Source of the DNA: Candidatus Latescibacterota bacterium
GTDB taxonomy: Bacteria; Latescibacterota; UBA2968; GCA-2709665
DNA length: 64,000 bases
Direction of reading: 5' to 3'
NCBI GenBank assembly: GCA_965222075.1
Contig: OZ244937.1
Span: 864,001 to 928,000, forward strand
The notes beneath the pieces were generated by a model. That model saw only the letters and a program-made list of their open reading frames with translations. It had not been told where the DNA came from and ran no database searches. Both the position numbers and the translations under genes were made by a program. This document shows positions 27,686-39,400 of the stretch, piece by piece (positions within the stretch are counted from its first letter, which is position 1; every line of letters begins with the position of its first letter).

Positions 27686-29059
27686 ATGAGGGAGTTTGCA
27701 AGGGATCAGGGGGAGCCGGCTTTTGTTCGGGTGGCGCGTGAGAGAATACAGGCGAGAGAGACGCGCTGGAACAGCAGGCTGGTGGTCCTCAACGGCGGGC
27801 TGATGTTTATGGCGTGGACGTTTACAAGTCCCGACCTGGTGCTGCCCGCATTTGTACTGAAGCTGACGTCCTCCAGCGTGATGATCGGGCTGGCCGGGGC
27901 GCTGATGCGCATCGGCTGGGCGTGGCCTCAGGTGTTTACTTCCCGTCTTATTGAGCCGCGGCCGAGGAAAATGCCCATTTTTCTCTTGTCCGGGAGCGTG
28001 CGGGGCGTCATATGGATTGTGATTGCGCTGCTGACCGTATGGCTGACAGACCGACATTCGGGGTTTTTTCTGGCCAGTTTTATGGTTTTGTATGCGGTTG
28101 CGACCTCTATGATGGGGATTTCCAACGTTCCCTGGATGGATATTGTGGGGAAGGCGGTGCCGGCCGGGGACCGGGCCCGGATATTCGCCCTGCGGCGGCT
28201 GCTGGGCGGGGGGCTTGCGATGGTTGCCGGGGCGTTGATTTCCTACGTGCTGAGCGAAGGAAGCGGGCTGCGGTTTCCGGTCAATTACGGACTGCTGTTT
28301 ACCCTGTCGGCGCTGGGCGCGGTGCTAAGCACGCTGGTTTTCAGCCGGGTTCGGGAGCCGATCGAGCCGGTGCGGAGAAGGCGGCTGCCGCTGGGGGCTT
28401 ACCTGGCCAGCGGGCTGAACCTGCTTAGAGAGGATGTGAACTACCGGCGCCTCTGCGGGGTGCAGTTCCTCTGGGCTTTCTGTGTGATGAGTACCCCTTT
28501 TTACGTGCCGTACGCGATTTCGGAATTTGAAATCGGAACGGCCTACGTGGGGCTGTTCGTCTCGGTGACGCAGTTCAGTTCGGTTCTGTCCAATGCGCTG
28601 TGGGCCTACCTGGGACACCGCAAGGGGAATCAGGCGCTTCTGGTTTACGGGTCCTATTTTCTGGGGCTGTCCGTTGCCGTGCCCCTGCTGACAGGGGTTG
28701 TGCCCGATTGGACGGTGGCGCCCTTTGCGGCCTGGGGGAGTGAGACGGCGTTTAACCTCCGCGTTGCGTTTTATGCGCTTACGTTTGTCTTTTCGGGTTT
28801 TGCGACCAGCGCGATGTTTGCAGGACGGATGAGCTATGTGCTGGATATTGCGCCGGCCGACCGCCGGCCGACTTATACGAGCTTTATGAATATGTTCATG
28901 CTGCCCCAGGGGCTGTTGCCGGTGGTGGCCGGGCTGCTGGTTGCATGGATCTCTTATTGGAATATGTTTCTGATTGCACTGATTTTTGCCCCCATTTCAG
29001 TGATCCTGGCCCGGCGGTTGAGGGAGGTCGGAAAAGCAACCCCCGATGAACCCGGATGA
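27686..29059 (+). CDS. MFS transporter
   Basis: about 12 hydrophobic segments; PWMDIVGKAVP..R motif. Confidence 0.85.
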   Translation: MREFARDQGEPAFVRVARERIQARETRWNSRLVVLNGGLMFMAWTFTSPDLVLPAFVLKLTSSSVMIGLAGALMRIGWAWPQVFTSRLIEPRPRKMPIFLLSGSVRGVIWIVIALLTVWLTDRHSGFFLASFMVLYAVATSMMGISNVPWMDIVGKAVPAGDRARIFALRRLLGGGLAMVAGALISYVLSEGSGLRFPVNYGLLFTLSALGAVLSTLVFSRVREPIEPVRRRRLPLGAYLASGLNLLREDVNYRRLCGVQFLWAFCVMSTPFYVPYAISEFEIGTAYVGLFVSVTQFSSVLSNALWAYLGHRKGNQALLVYGSYFLGLSVAVPLLTGVVPDWTVAPFAAWGSETAFNLRVAFYALTFVFSGFATSAMFAGRMSYVLDIAPADRRPTYTSFMNMFMLPQGLLPVVAGLLVAWISYWNMFLIALIFAPISVILARRLREVGKATPDEPG

Positions 29060-29085
29060 ACACCGAGAGGGGCGGGTGCGTGTGT

Positions 29086-30459
29086 CTACGCCGGGATCTG
29101 TTGGGCGAGTTCCTCTGCCGGGTACGTGAGGATTTCGGCCAGGGTGGGGTGGTAGTGGGGGATGCGGGCCAGGTCTCTGACCGTCCCTTGAAAGTACATG
29201 ATCGCGATGAGTTCGTGGAAGAGTTCGGAGGCCTCCGGGCCGACGATGTGGCCGCCTAAGATCTCACCGGTTTTGGGGTCGCAGAGGATTTTGACAAATC
29301 CGTGCGTTTCGCCTGAGATCATGGATTTTCCGTGGTCGTTGAAGGGGTATTTGGCCACCAGGTAGTTGATCCCCTGCTGTTGGCACTCTTTTTCAAGGAG
29401 GCCCACGGAGGCGACCTGGGGGTCGGTAAAGACCACGGAGGCGCGTAGCCGGTAGTCCATGGTCTTTTTGGGCGTTTCCAAAACGGCGTTGTGGCCCGCG
29501 ATTTCACCCTGTTGAATGGCGATGTGGACGATTTCGTAGGTGCCCACGCAGTCGCCGGCCGCAAAGACGTTTTTCGCACTGGTGCGCATCTGGTCGTCCA
29601 CCACGATCCGGCTGTTTTCGATGTCCACGCCGGCCTTTCTCAGGTTCAGGCTTTTTACGTTGGGCACCCTCCCCAGGGCCTGGAAGACGGTTTCGGCAGA
29701 GGCCCTGCGCCGCCTGCCGTCCTGGAGGAAGTGGGCGGTGATGCGGCCGTTCTTTTTTGTGAAGCGGGTGAGTTTTGCGCCGGTGTACACGGCCATGCCC
29801 TCTTCACGGAAGCGGGCCTCGACCGGGCGGGCCATATCTTCGTCGCAGGCGCTGTGGATGTGGCCGCTGCGCTGGATGAGGGCTGTGCGAGTGCCCAGCC
29901 GACAGAAGAACTGCCCCAGTTCGGTTGCTACGGGACCTGCTCCGAGTACGACCATCGATTTGGGGAGTTTACGGAGGTTGAGGGCTTCGTCGCTGGTGAT
30001 GTACCCGGCTTCATCCAGGCCGGGGATGGGGACATGCCGGGGGATCGATCCGGTGGTGATGATGACGCTTTCGGCCTGGAGGATATCAGAGCCGACCCGC
30101 ACCCGGCGCGGGCTTTCAAACCGGGCGCGCCCCCGGATGAGTTTGAAGCGGGAATTTTTGAGCTGCTGGATGCGGTAGTCGGCAAATTCCTTGACCAGGG
30201 CCTTTTTCCGGTCGGCGATGGCGGGCAGGTCCGCTTTTAGCCTGGATGCGGCAAGGCCGAACGCTCCGGCCCGCCTCATCAGCGCCATGATGTCTGAAGA
30301 GCGGAGCAGGGCCTTGGAGGGCATACAGCCCCGCAGGATGCAGAGGCCACCCAGAGGGCCTTTGTCTACGATTGCGACCTTTGCTCCAAGGTCAGCCGCG
30401 GTGCGTGCGGCCGCATAACCGGCGCTTCCTCCTCCAATGACGATGACGTCGAATTTCAT
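29086..30459 (-). CDS. pyridine nucleotide-disulfide oxidoreductase (LpdA/MerA-like)
   Basis: GGGSAG, GGLCILRGCMPSK, AAGD, HYHPTLAE. Confidence 0.92.
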   Translation of the reverse strand: MKFDVIVIGGGSAGYAAARTAADLGAKVAIVDKGPLGGLCILRGCMPSKALLRSSDIMALMRRAGAFGLAASRLKADLPAIADRKKALVKEFADYRIQQLKNSRFKLIRGRARFESPRRVRVGSDILQAESVIITTGSIPRHVPIPGLDEAGYITSDEALNLRKLPKSMVVLGAGPVATELGQFFCRLGTRTALIQRSGHIHSACDEDMARPVEARFREEGMAVYTGAKLTRFTKKNGRITAHFLQDGRRRRASAETVFQALGRVPNVKSLNLRKAGVDIENSRIVVDDQMRTSAKNVFAAGDCVGTYEIVHIAIQQGEIAGHNAVLETPKKTMDYRLRASVVFTDPQVASVGLLEKECQQQGINYLVAKYPFNDHGKSMISGETHGFVKILCDPKTGEILGGHIVGPEASELFHELIAIMYFQGTVRDLARIPHYHPTLAEILTYPAEELAQQIPA

Positions 30460-30572
30460 AGGTCTGTTCCCCGCGGAAAAGAGAGAGCAAAACGGGCGAT
30501 AGCCGGACCCGTGGTCTGTGGTCTTTGTTGACCTATCAAGATACCGCTGTCCCAAAGCGAGGCAAGGAAAAA

Positions 30573-32012
30573 ATGGCAGAGATCGTTCGGGCCGGGGGTG
30601 GAGGCGCCGTGGTGAGCCTGTGGCGACGGGAGGGCGGCTACGGTGAGGTGCTGAAGATCGCCGTTCCCCTGATTCTGAGCACGGGGTCGTGGAGCATCCA
30701 GCACTTTGTGGACCGGATGTTTCTGACCTGGTACAGCCGGGACGCCCTGGCGGCGGCGTCGCCGGCGGGGATGCTCTGCTTCACGGTTGCCAGCTTTTTT
30801 ATCGGGACAGCTTCCTATGTGAATACGTTCGTGGCCCAGTATTCGGGGGCGGGCCGTTCCAGGCGGGTGGGACCTTCGGTCTGGCAGGGGATCTATTTCG
30901 GGCTGATCGCCGGTCTGTTTTTGCTGGGGCTGATTCCCTTTGCGGACCGGCTCTTCGCGTGGGTGGGGCACGAGCCGGCGATCCGCTCGCTGGAGACGGC
31001 GTATTTCAGGATCTTATGCATCGGAGGGCCGACCATTACGGGGGCGGCGCTGTCCGCGTTCTTCAGCGGGCGGGGGGAGACGCTGACGGTGATGTGGGTG
31101 AATTTCGCTGCGATGGCCCTGAATATCGTGCTGGATTACGCCTGGATCTTCGGGAGGTGGGGGTTCCCGCAGTGGGGCGTCCAGGGGGCGGCCTGGGCAA
31201 CGGTTGCGGCGCAGTTTTTCTCAACGGCGCTCTTTCTGGTTCTGATGCTGCGGCCCGAGTTTCGAAAGACCTTCAATACCCTGGGGGGCTGGCGGCCGGA
31301 AGGGGATCTCTTCCGGCGGCTGGTGCGCTTCGGGGTGCCAACCGGGGTGCAGTTTATGCTTGAGATCTTCGGGTTTTCCCTGTTTATCGTGCTGGTCGGC
31401 CGGCTGGGCACGGTTGCCCTGGCAGCTACGAATATTACCTTCAATATCAACTCCCTGGCCTTTCTGCCGATGCTTGGGATGGGCATGGCGGTTTCAACGC
31501 TGGTGGGCCGCTATTTGGGACAGGACCGGGCAGACCTGGCCGAACGAAGCACCTGGTCGGCCCTTCACCTGTGTATGGTCTATATGGGGACGATGGCGGT
31601 CGGATACGTGGCGTTGCCCGAACTCTTTATGCGTCCTTTCGCGTCTTACGCCGATCCGCAGACCTTTGTGCCCGTGCAGCAGATGGGCGTCGTGCTGCTG
31701 CGGTTCGTGGCGGTCTATTCCGTGTTCGATGCGATGTATATTGTGTTTGCAGGCGGTATCAAGGGGGCCGGGGATACCCGGTTCGTGATGTGGGCTTCGA
31801 CCCTGCTCGTCTGGGGGTTGATGGTGATTCCGGCGTACCTGGCCTGTGTGGTCTACGGATGGGGGCTTTATGTGGCGTGGGGGTTTATGACCGCCTATAT
31901 TTTCCTGGCAGGCTTTGTGTTCTTGGCACGGTTCCGGGGGGGGAAGTGGAAGTCGATGCGGGTGATCGAGACAAGGTCGGTCACTGAGGAGCCGGATACG
32001 AAGGCGGTTTAA
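30573..32012 (+). CDS. MATE family efflux transporter
   Basis: KIAVPLI...VDRMF, NIVLDYAWIFG..G.P..GV.GAAWAT, GAGDT. Confidence 0.93.
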   Translation: MAEIVRAGGGGAVVSLWRREGGYGEVLKIAVPLILSTGSWSIQHFVDRMFLTWYSRDALAAASPAGMLCFTVASFFIGTASYVNTFVAQYSGAGRSRRVGPSVWQGIYFGLIAGLFLLGLIPFADRLFAWVGHEPAIRSLETAYFRILCIGGPTITGAALSAFFSGRGETLTVMWVNFAAMALNIVLDYAWIFGRWGFPQWGVQGAAWATVAAQFFSTALFLVLMLRPEFRKTFNTLGGWRPEGDLFRRLVRFGVPTGVQFMLEIFGFSLFIVLVGRLGTVALAATNITFNINSLAFLPMLGMGMAVSTLVGRYLGQDRADLAERSTWSALHLCMVYMGTMAVGYVALPELFMRPFASYADPQTFVPVQQMGVVLLRFVAVYSVFDAMYIVFAGGIKGAGDTRFVMWASTLLVWGLMVIPAYLACVVYGWGLYVAWGFMTAYIFLAGFVFLARFRGGKWKSMRVIETRSVTEEPDTKAV

Positions 32013-32037
32013 TCGTTTTCGCGCATTTTTGGAGGGG

Positions 32038-32066
32038 TTGACAAGGTCTGTTGGGGTGTGTATTTT
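32038..32066 (+). promoter_or_regulatory. sigma70-type promoter candidate for the phoX-like gene
   Basis: TTGACA-17-TATTTT, 40 nt upstream of the start. Confidence 0.5.
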
Positions 32067-32106
32067 GACGGAATTGGATCAGATCCTGTCGCCATAAGAA
32101 AAGGAG

Positions 32107-33678
32107 TTGAAGGTGCGGAAATTTCTTCTGTTCGCCTTATTGACCTGCTCGACAGTCTTGACAGTGCTGGCGCAGGAGAGCCGGGAGGCCGTGCCGGACG
32201 GATTTAACACTTCTGTGTCGGCGATGATGGTGGGCCAAAACGGGTGGAGCGTGGAGCCGCTGTTTACCGTGGGCGAAGCGATCAAGGGGTACCGCCCGCC
32301 CGGCATTCTGGACGGGATCGGCGCCCTGGAGATCCGGCCGGGTGTGGTTCGCGTTCTGGTCAACCATGAGTTGGACGCAGAAGATGGATACGCGTACAGG
32401 CTTGGAAACGGCACGGAGCTGACCGGCGCGCGTGTGAGCTACTTCGACCTGGACAGGAACACCCGAAGGCTGCTGGATGCGGGTGCGGCCTACCACGGGG
32501 CGGTGGACAAGGCCGGCCGGGTGGTCACCGACGCTTCTCAGATCCACGAGGGGGATATCGTGGGGAGTGAAAGGGACGGTTTTGACCGCCTCTGCTCCAG
32601 TACCCTGTTCACCGCGGGTGAGTATAGCCTCGTGGACGACGTCTACTTTTGCGGCGAAGAGGTCACCGATGGTTTGGCACAGGCGCTCGACATTCGTGGG
32701 TGGACCATCTACGCGCTGCCCTGGCTGGGACGCGGCACCTGGGAGAGCATGACCTTGATGGAGACGGGCGACCCCAATACGGTGGCCGTGCTGATGGGTG
32801 ACGACAGGCAGGGGGCGCCGCTGTATCTCTACGTTGGCCGGAAAGGCGAAGGCGGCTTTCTCAAGCGCAATGGGCTGACGGGGGGCGACCTCTACGTTTG
32901 GGTTGCGGATAAGGGGGAGAAAACCCCGGAGGATTGGAACGGGACGAACACGAGCCGCGCGGGAAAGTTTGTCAAGATCGACATCTATTCTCCCGGCAAG
33001 GCGGGTATGGCCGGATACGACGAGATGGGCTTTGCGACTCAGGCCACGCAGGACGATCTGATTGACGCGGTGGGCGGCTTTCGTTTCTCGCGCCCGGAGG
33101 ATGTGTCGACGAATCCGGAGGATGGCACGCAGGCGGTGATGGCCTCAACCGGGCGGGGAAGCCTGTATCCCTCCGATGACTGGGGTACGGTCTACCTCAT
33201 TGACGCGGACTTCAGCAAGATGACGGCCACGATCCGCATCCCCTACGATGGCGACGATGCGGGCGGCGGGCAATTCACGCACCCGGACTTTGGCCTGCGC
33301 AGCCCGGACAACCTGGACTGGGCGGGTAACAGGATGATCTACATTCAGGAGGACCGGTCCACGGAGAATGCGACTTTCGGCGGGGTCAGCGGCATTGAGG
33401 CGTCCCTGTGGGAACTGAACCCTGTCACGGGGAAGCTGAAGCGGGTTGCTGTGATGAACCGCTCGGTGCTGCCTCCCGGGCAGACGGATTCGGACCCGGG
33501 CGACCTGGGCGACTGGGAGTCGTCGGGGGTGCTGGATGTGACGCGTTTTTTCACCACTGCGCCCGGCGAGGTTCTGCTGATTGGCAATGTGCAGGCGCAC
33601 AGCGTGCGGGATGGGGCTATTGAGACGTATAATCTCGTTCAGGGCGGGCAGATGGTTTTCTACTCCTTAAAGCGATAA
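32107..33678 (+). CDS. phoX: PhoX/DUF839 family alkaline phosphatase
   Basis: signal peptide; LVNHE, RLCS, GEE, WE, RPED, SPDN, IQED, WESSG, NVQAH. Confidence 0.8.
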   Translation: MKVRKFLLFALLTCSTVLTVLAQESREAVPDGFNTSVSAMMVGQNGWSVEPLFTVGEAIKGYRPPGILDGIGALEIRPGVVRVLVNHELDAEDGYAYRLGNGTELTGARVSYFDLDRNTRRLLDAGAAYHGAVDKAGRVVTDASQIHEGDIVGSERDGFDRLCSSTLFTAGEYSLVDDVYFCGEEVTDGLAQALDIRGWTIYALPWLGRGTWESMTLMETGDPNTVAVLMGDDRQGAPLYLYVGRKGEGGFLKRNGLTGGDLYVWVADKGEKTPEDWNGTNTSRAGKFVKIDIYSPGKAGMAGYDEMGFATQATQDDLIDAVGGFRFSRPEDVSTNPEDGTQAVMASTGRGSLYPSDDWGTVYLIDADFSKMTATIRIPYDGDDAGGGQFTHPDFGLRSPDNLDWAGNRMIYIQEDRSTENATFGGVSGIEASLWELNPVTGKLKRVAVMNRSVLPPGQTDSDPGDLGDWESSGVLDVTRFFTTAPGEVLLIGNVQAHSVRDGAIETYNLVQGGQMVFYSLKR

Positions 33679-33692
33679 TTTCCGAAGCGGTT

Positions 33693-36425
33693 ATGGTAGA
33701 CACAAGATTGAATCGAAGGTCAAAAAACGGGATACGCAGGACGCTGGTGGTGCATAACCGCTACGCGCGGCGATGGTATCAGACGCAAGCCGCAATTGAA
33801 GGTGAACAGGGGCTGCTGATTGTAACGATCGAAGAGCTTGCCGCCCGGCTTGCGGGCGGTTTCCTCCGGTCCATCCGCGCCGATACCCTCAAGGCCACGG
33901 TAGGGGAGGCCGCTGCCGCCAGGTCGCTTGGAGAACTTGACAAGATCAAGGAACTGCCGGGGTTTCAACGTGCGGCGGCGGCCAGTTTGTCAAAGGCATG
34001 GAGCGCCGGTTTGACGCTGGATGAGAAAACGAAGGCTCGGAAAGAAGAGACGGGGACAGCGCGCATTGGCTCACTGGTGACTCTTGAACGAGAAGTGCGG
34101 CTGCGGTTGCCGAAAAATCAGATCCCGCCAGGCGAACTGGTGGAGGCGGCGCTCAAACGTGTGGGTCATGCCCCTTCAATCTTCGGCCGCATTGAGATCC
34201 ACGGCCGAACCGAGATGTCGCCGGTGTGGAGGGAGTTGTTATCACGGATTAGCCGGCAAACGGACGTGGTCTGGGTGGCTGAAGCCCGGCAGACGCCGGA
34301 TTGGCTGCCGAGATCGGGTATCGCGGTGGAGACGACGCCAGCGTCGGATCCCGGGATCCGGGCCGTGTCGTGTGCCAGTCCGCGTCACGAAATTCTGGAA
34401 GCCCTGCGGTGGGCCCGGCAGCATCTTGCAGAAGGAGCGGCCTCCTACCAGATTGCGATCACGGCGGCATCACCCGCGTTGTGGGATGACCACATGCTGG
34501 CCCTGGCCGACGCCGCGAATCTGCCGCTCCACTTCATTCATGGCCGGCCGGCGCTTTCCACGGCGGAGGGGCAGCTTGCCGCGGCGCTCGCCGAAATCCT
34601 CCTGCGCGGCTTTTCCCGCTCGCGCATGGTCCGTTTCGTGGCGCTCCTTCGCTCGTGCGGCAAGCGCTTCAGCCCATTGGAGGGCGACTGGTGGGAGGCC
34701 TTGCCGGACGACGCCCCATTGCTTACCGCGGACCGTTGGGAAAAGGCCATAGCCGCATTGGCGCCGAAGGATTTCGCCGACGGTAACGACCACCGGCCAC
34801 TGCTGCAAGAAATTATCGAGACACTGCGCCACGGCCTGGAGAAAGCGGCAGAGATAGGCGAGGGCCTTCTGGAAGGAAAGGAGGCGCTTGCGATTTGGCA
34901 TAAGGCGCTGTCGGAGGGACCACCGGCCGCGCTGGACGTGACCCTTTCCGAGCTGCGAGTTCCTGACGGGGTCGAGCCCGGCGCCGCCATCGTCTGGGGG
35001 CCCGCATCGGCGATCGCTGCCGTCCCCCGCCCTCTTTGCTGGCTCGTCGGCCTCACCTCGCGCTCCTGGCCCCGGCGCGCCAGTGAGGACCCGCTTCTTC
35101 CCAACCACGTCATTGCGGCGGAGCGTCTGGATCCCCTGCCGGTTCACGAAGCGGACCGCCGCGACTTCAGCACCATCCGCAAGATGACGGACCGCCAGGT
35201 CGTCTGTTCGCGGGCGCGGCGCGATAGCGAAGGACGGCTCAACGGTGTTTCGCCCCTTTATCCGCAAGATATCGACGAAGCTTACCTCGCCCAAAGCCGG
35301 GAGCCGGAGCATGCCGCAAGCGCGGGCGACCGCCTGATGGCAAGACCCGACGAATTCGCCGTGCTGCCACGCGCCAGGTCCGCCATTGAGACCTGGATGG
35401 ATTGGCGCAAGAACAAGCTTACCATCCACGACGGCCGGGTAAGGGCCCATCACCCCCTGTTGCTTCGGGCCCTCGACCGTCGGCAATCCGCGAGTTCGCT
35501 GGTCAGGCTGCTCTGTGATCCCCTGGGATATCTGTGGACTTATGGTTTCGGATGGAAGGCGCCCGACGAAACGGATGAGCCGCTGACGCTTGATGCACTC
35601 GCGTTCGGCAACCTGTTGCACGACATTCTCGAAGAAGCCGTAACCCAAATGGAAGGCGCCGAAGCCAGCGGGTTTGCCAGCGCTTCGAATGACGCGATCA
35701 AACACGCCGTAACAGAGGCTGTGAATACCGTTGCAAACCGATGGGTGGATACGCGGCCCGTGCCGCCTCCCGTGGTCTGGGATTGTAAGTGCAGCGAGGC
35801 GATGGAACTGGCCACGACCGCGTTGACGCGTGCCGAAACGCCCCTGCCGGGGCAGCGCAGCTGGGCCGAAATCCCGTTCGGCGCCGACAGGCGTGCTGAA
35901 GCCCTCAGCGAAGGCGCCCGCGCCCGGCTGCCGTGGGACCCTATGGCGCCAGTCCGCATTGCAGGCACGGCAGTGCGGATCGGTGGGTCCATCGATCGGC
36001 TTGACCTTGCAGGTGACCGAAGCCGCGCTCGCGTCACGGATTACAAGTCGGGCAAGCAGCCGAAATCACCGCCTCAGATCAAGGGCGGCGCGGAATTGCA
36101 ACGGTGCTTTTACGCGTTCGCGGTTAAGTCGCTTATCGCCACGCAGCCCAAGGTGGAGGCGCGCCTGCTCTATCCGCGCAGCGGCGATCAGGCGCTGGCC
36201 CTTGATGACACGGAAGGGACACTGGCAAGGCTGGCGGAATATCTGGATGCGGCCACGGCCTTATTTGCCCAGGGGAAAGTGTTACCCGGTCCTTCCGCGG
36301 ATGAGAGTTGGTACGATTTGGTCTTCGCGCTTCCGGGGGGCGCGATGGAAAGATACCTCGAGAGAAAACGGCCATTGGTGGATGCGGCTCTCGCCCCGCT
36401 CTCAGACCTGTGGGAGGAGCCCTGA
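33693..36425 (+). CDS. AddB-like inactive helicase + PD-(D/E)XK nuclease
   Basis: SASSL..L..DP, FGNLLH, GSIDRLD...VTDYKSG...ELQRCFYA; no Walker A or Fe-S cysteines seen. Confidence 0.82.
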   Translation: MVDTRLNRRSKNGIRRTLVVHNRYARRWYQTQAAIEGEQGLLIVTIEELAARLAGGFLRSIRADTLKATVGEAAAARSLGELDKIKELPGFQRAAAASLSKAWSAGLTLDEKTKARKEETGTARIGSLVTLEREVRLRLPKNQIPPGELVEAALKRVGHAPSIFGRIEIHGRTEMSPVWRELLSRISRQTDVVWVAEARQTPDWLPRSGIAVETTPASDPGIRAVSCASPRHEILEALRWARQHLAEGAASYQIAITAASPALWDDHMLALADAANLPLHFIHGRPALSTAEGQLAAALAEILLRGFSRSRMVRFVALLRSCGKRFSPLEGDWWEALPDDAPLLTADRWEKAIAALAPKDFADGNDHRPLLQEIIETLRHGLEKAAEIGEGLLEGKEALAIWHKALSEGPPAALDVTLSELRVPDGVEPGAAIVWGPASAIAAVPRPLCWLVGLTSRSWPRRASEDPLLPNHVIAAERLDPLPVHEADRRDFSTIRKMTDRQVVCSRARRDSEGRLNGVSPLYPQDIDEAYLAQSREPEHAASAGDRLMARPDEFAVLPRARSAIETWMDWRKNKLTIHDGRVRAHHPLLLRALDRRQSASSLVRLLCDPLGYLWTYGFGWKAPDETDEPLTLDALAFGNLLHDILEEAVTQMEGAEASGFASASNDAIKHAVTEAVNTVANRWVDTRPVPPPVVWDCKCSEAMELATTALTRAETPLPGQRSWAEIPFGADRRAEALSEGARARLPWDPMAPVRIAGTAVRIGGSIDRLDLAGDRSRARVTDYKSGKQPKSPPQIKGGAELQRCFYAFAVKSLIATQPKVEARLLYPRSGDQALALDDTEGTLARLAEYLDAATALFAQGKVLPGPSADESWYDLVFALPGGAMERYLERKRPLVDAALAPLSDLWEEP

Positions 36426-36426
36426 G

Positions 36427-39400
36427 ATGGCATGTGATCGCCTACATGCCCCACGCGCCGATGTCAGGGCGCGTATCGAGGCGCTGACGCATCACGAGCG
36501 CACCCTCCTCGTCGAGGCGGGCGCCGGCAGCGGAAAGACGACGCTCATGGCCGGCCGCGTGGCGCTGCTCGTCGCTGCCGGCATCGCTCCGAAGCACATT
36601 GCCGCCATTACGTTCACCGAGGCGGCGGCCGCTGAGCTTCTGGAACGCATAGAGAGCATAGTAAAGGATTTTCGATCCGGCACCGTGCCTGCCGAGCTTA
36701 AAACGGCGCTGCCGACCGGTCTGAGCGATGCGCAGCGTGCCAATCTTAAGATAGGCGCCAATGCTCTCGACGAATTGACCTGCACCACCATCCATGGCTT
36801 TTGCCAGAAACTGATCGCGCCCTATCCCGTGGAGACGGGCCACGATCCCGGCGCCGCAATTATCGACCCGGCCAATGCGGAACTCGCCTATCACGACCTG
36901 ATGGAGGCGTGGCTTTCAGCGCGGTTCGGACGGGACCGGAGCAAAGATGGCCTGGGACGCATACCACCGATTAAGAATGCCGGCACCACAGAGGAGGATT
37001 TCTTCACCGCACTCTTACTGAAGCGGACCGATGACACGCTGGACTTGATAAAGGGCACGGCACAATTTCTCAAGGAACACCGGACAGCGGGGGCGGCCGA
37101 TTCCGAAATCGATCATGGGGGATTTGGCAAATTCGTTAACGCCGTCTCCGCGTTTGCCGCCTGGTATGACAACTGTGGCATTGAAGAACCGGACACTGCC
37201 GCCCTGATTGAGGATCTCCGGTCTGTCGCAGAAAACGTGGGCAAGCTGACTGCGCATCCTATCTCGGGAAAATGCCTCGCGGAACTGCTCTTCCATCCGC
37301 CGCCGTCAGCCTGCAAGAAAGGACAAAGGCAGTTCAAGCAGTGGCAGGCCAAGACAAAGTGGAAAGAAGCGGTGAGAGCCGCGGGTGGGGGCGTTGCGCA
37401 GGGCGAGCAACTCTACGCTGCCGGTCAAGCGCTTTATGGCGAGTGCGCCCAGGTATATAGCGACTTTTGCGACGCTCTCGGCGCGCTCGCGTTTGAACGA
37501 TTTATTGTCGAGTTTGATGTGCTCCGAGAACTGTACCGGGACTACAAGCGCAACGCCGCTCTTCTCGATTTCGACGACCTGTTGTATAAGGCCTGTGATC
37601 TCCTCCGAAATAACGAAGCGGTACGCAAGGCCCTGGCAGGCCGCTATTCACACATCCTGGTTGATGAATTTCAGGACACCGATCCCCTGCAGGCCGAGAT
37701 CATTTGGCGGCTGGCCGGCGAGGGCCGCTCGCAAACACCCTGGCAGGATCGCGCCATTCGTCCGGGCGCGCTGTTTCTTGTCGGCGACCCGAAGCAGGCG
37801 ATCTATCGGTTCCGCGGCGCGGACGTGAAAATCTACCTTATGGCCAAGGATGCGCTTTCAAAAAGGGACCCGGCATCCATTCTGAGTATCACGGCCAACT
37901 TCCGGTCGCGGGAACCCATCCTGAGTTACGTCAACGAGCATTTCGAGGGGATGCTTGATGAGACGCGGGGGCAGCCCGGTTTCACGGCGCTGACCGCAAC
38001 ACGCTCAGCAGGCGATGAAACCAGTGTTGCGGCCCTTGATATTACACTGGACGACGGGCATAAGAACGCCAAAGGGAACCTGCTCACGAATAAAGTCCGC
38101 GAGGAGGAAGCCAGGGTCGTCGCCGATACCGTGAAGAAGCTGATCGGATCTTATCCTGTCTATGACAAGGATGAGAAGAAATCACGGTGCGCGCAGCCCA
38201 GCGATATCGCCCTGCTCGCCCCGACCGGGACCAGCCTGTGGATCTACGAGCAGGCCCTGGAGAGCAGCGACATTCCTATCGCCACGCAGGCGGGCAAGGG
38301 CTTCTTTCGACGGCAGGAAGTTCAGGATCTGATCGCGGTCGCCAGGACAGTCGCGGATGCCCGCGACACGCTGGCGTTCGGCGCCTTAATCCGGGGGCCG
38401 CTGGTCGGTCTCTCCGAAGAGCAGATCGCCGATGAGGTGGAGGCGCTGCATGGCGAAGCGGACGGCGCCGGCTATCTCAACGTGAGGACCGATCCCCGGC
38501 TGGTCCGCAGCGACGTGCTGCGGCATACGCTGACGGTGCTGCAAAATCTGGTACGGAAAGGCCGCCGGACAACGCCCTACCACCTGCTCGCAGAAGCGAT
38601 CGAAGCGCTTCACGTGCGTCCGATCTTGAAAGCGCGTCATCCGCGGGGCGCCGAGCGCGCGCTCGCCAACGTTGAACTCGTGCTGGAGATGGCGCGGGCT
38701 TATGCCGGGCGGGGCATCGGGGACTTTGCCCGTGCGCTTTGGCAGCGCTGGAACGACGGCGACACCCAGGTGGAAGGCCGCCCCGACGCCGCGGCGGATG
38801 CCGTTTCGATCATCACCATACATTCGGCCAAGGGCCTGGAATGGCCCATCGTGATTCCCATCAATTCAACCACCAGGCCTACGACACAAACAAAGTTCCT
38901 TTATCGGCGGCGGGACGACAGTGTCCACTTTAAGATATTCGACTTTCCAGGCCCTGAATATGAAAGGGTCAAGCTGGAAGAAAACGCGGAACTCAGATAC
39001 GAACGCGTCCGCCTCTGGTACGTCGCGCTGACCCGCGCACGGGACCTGCTGCTGCTGCCCAGGCAGAACGAACGCATCAAAGGCGACTGGCTGAGCCTCA
39101 TCAACATCGATATCGAGTCGCTGTCACGTTTCGATACCCAGGGGTTTGACGGAACGCCGGTGTCCCCGGATGTCACCAGTCCGAATGTTCAGGACGCGGC
39201 GGCCTGGAAGCGCGAGGCAACGGTCATCGCCGCCAACCAGCGGCGGATATCCTGGCACCGGCCCAGCCGGCATGATGACGCGTTGGAGCCCGAAGAAGAG
39301 CCGGTGGCCGTGTTTGCAAATATTGACGCAAGCCTCGAAGCCACCGCTGAAGCGGCCGACGCGCCCCCTGTCCGGGGCGGACTGAGCCGCGGCCTGATTC

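Noticed and set aside
29086-30459. Mercuric reductase merA
   Set aside because: Lacks the C-terminal Cys-Cys pair and any mer operon neighbours; the HPT motif fits an LpdA-like enzyme.
35830-36426. 200-aa N-terminal extension of the helicase ORF (1345 aa in the track)
   Set aside because: It overlaps the AddB-like gene out of frame; the real start is most likely ATG 36427, just before the Walker A region.
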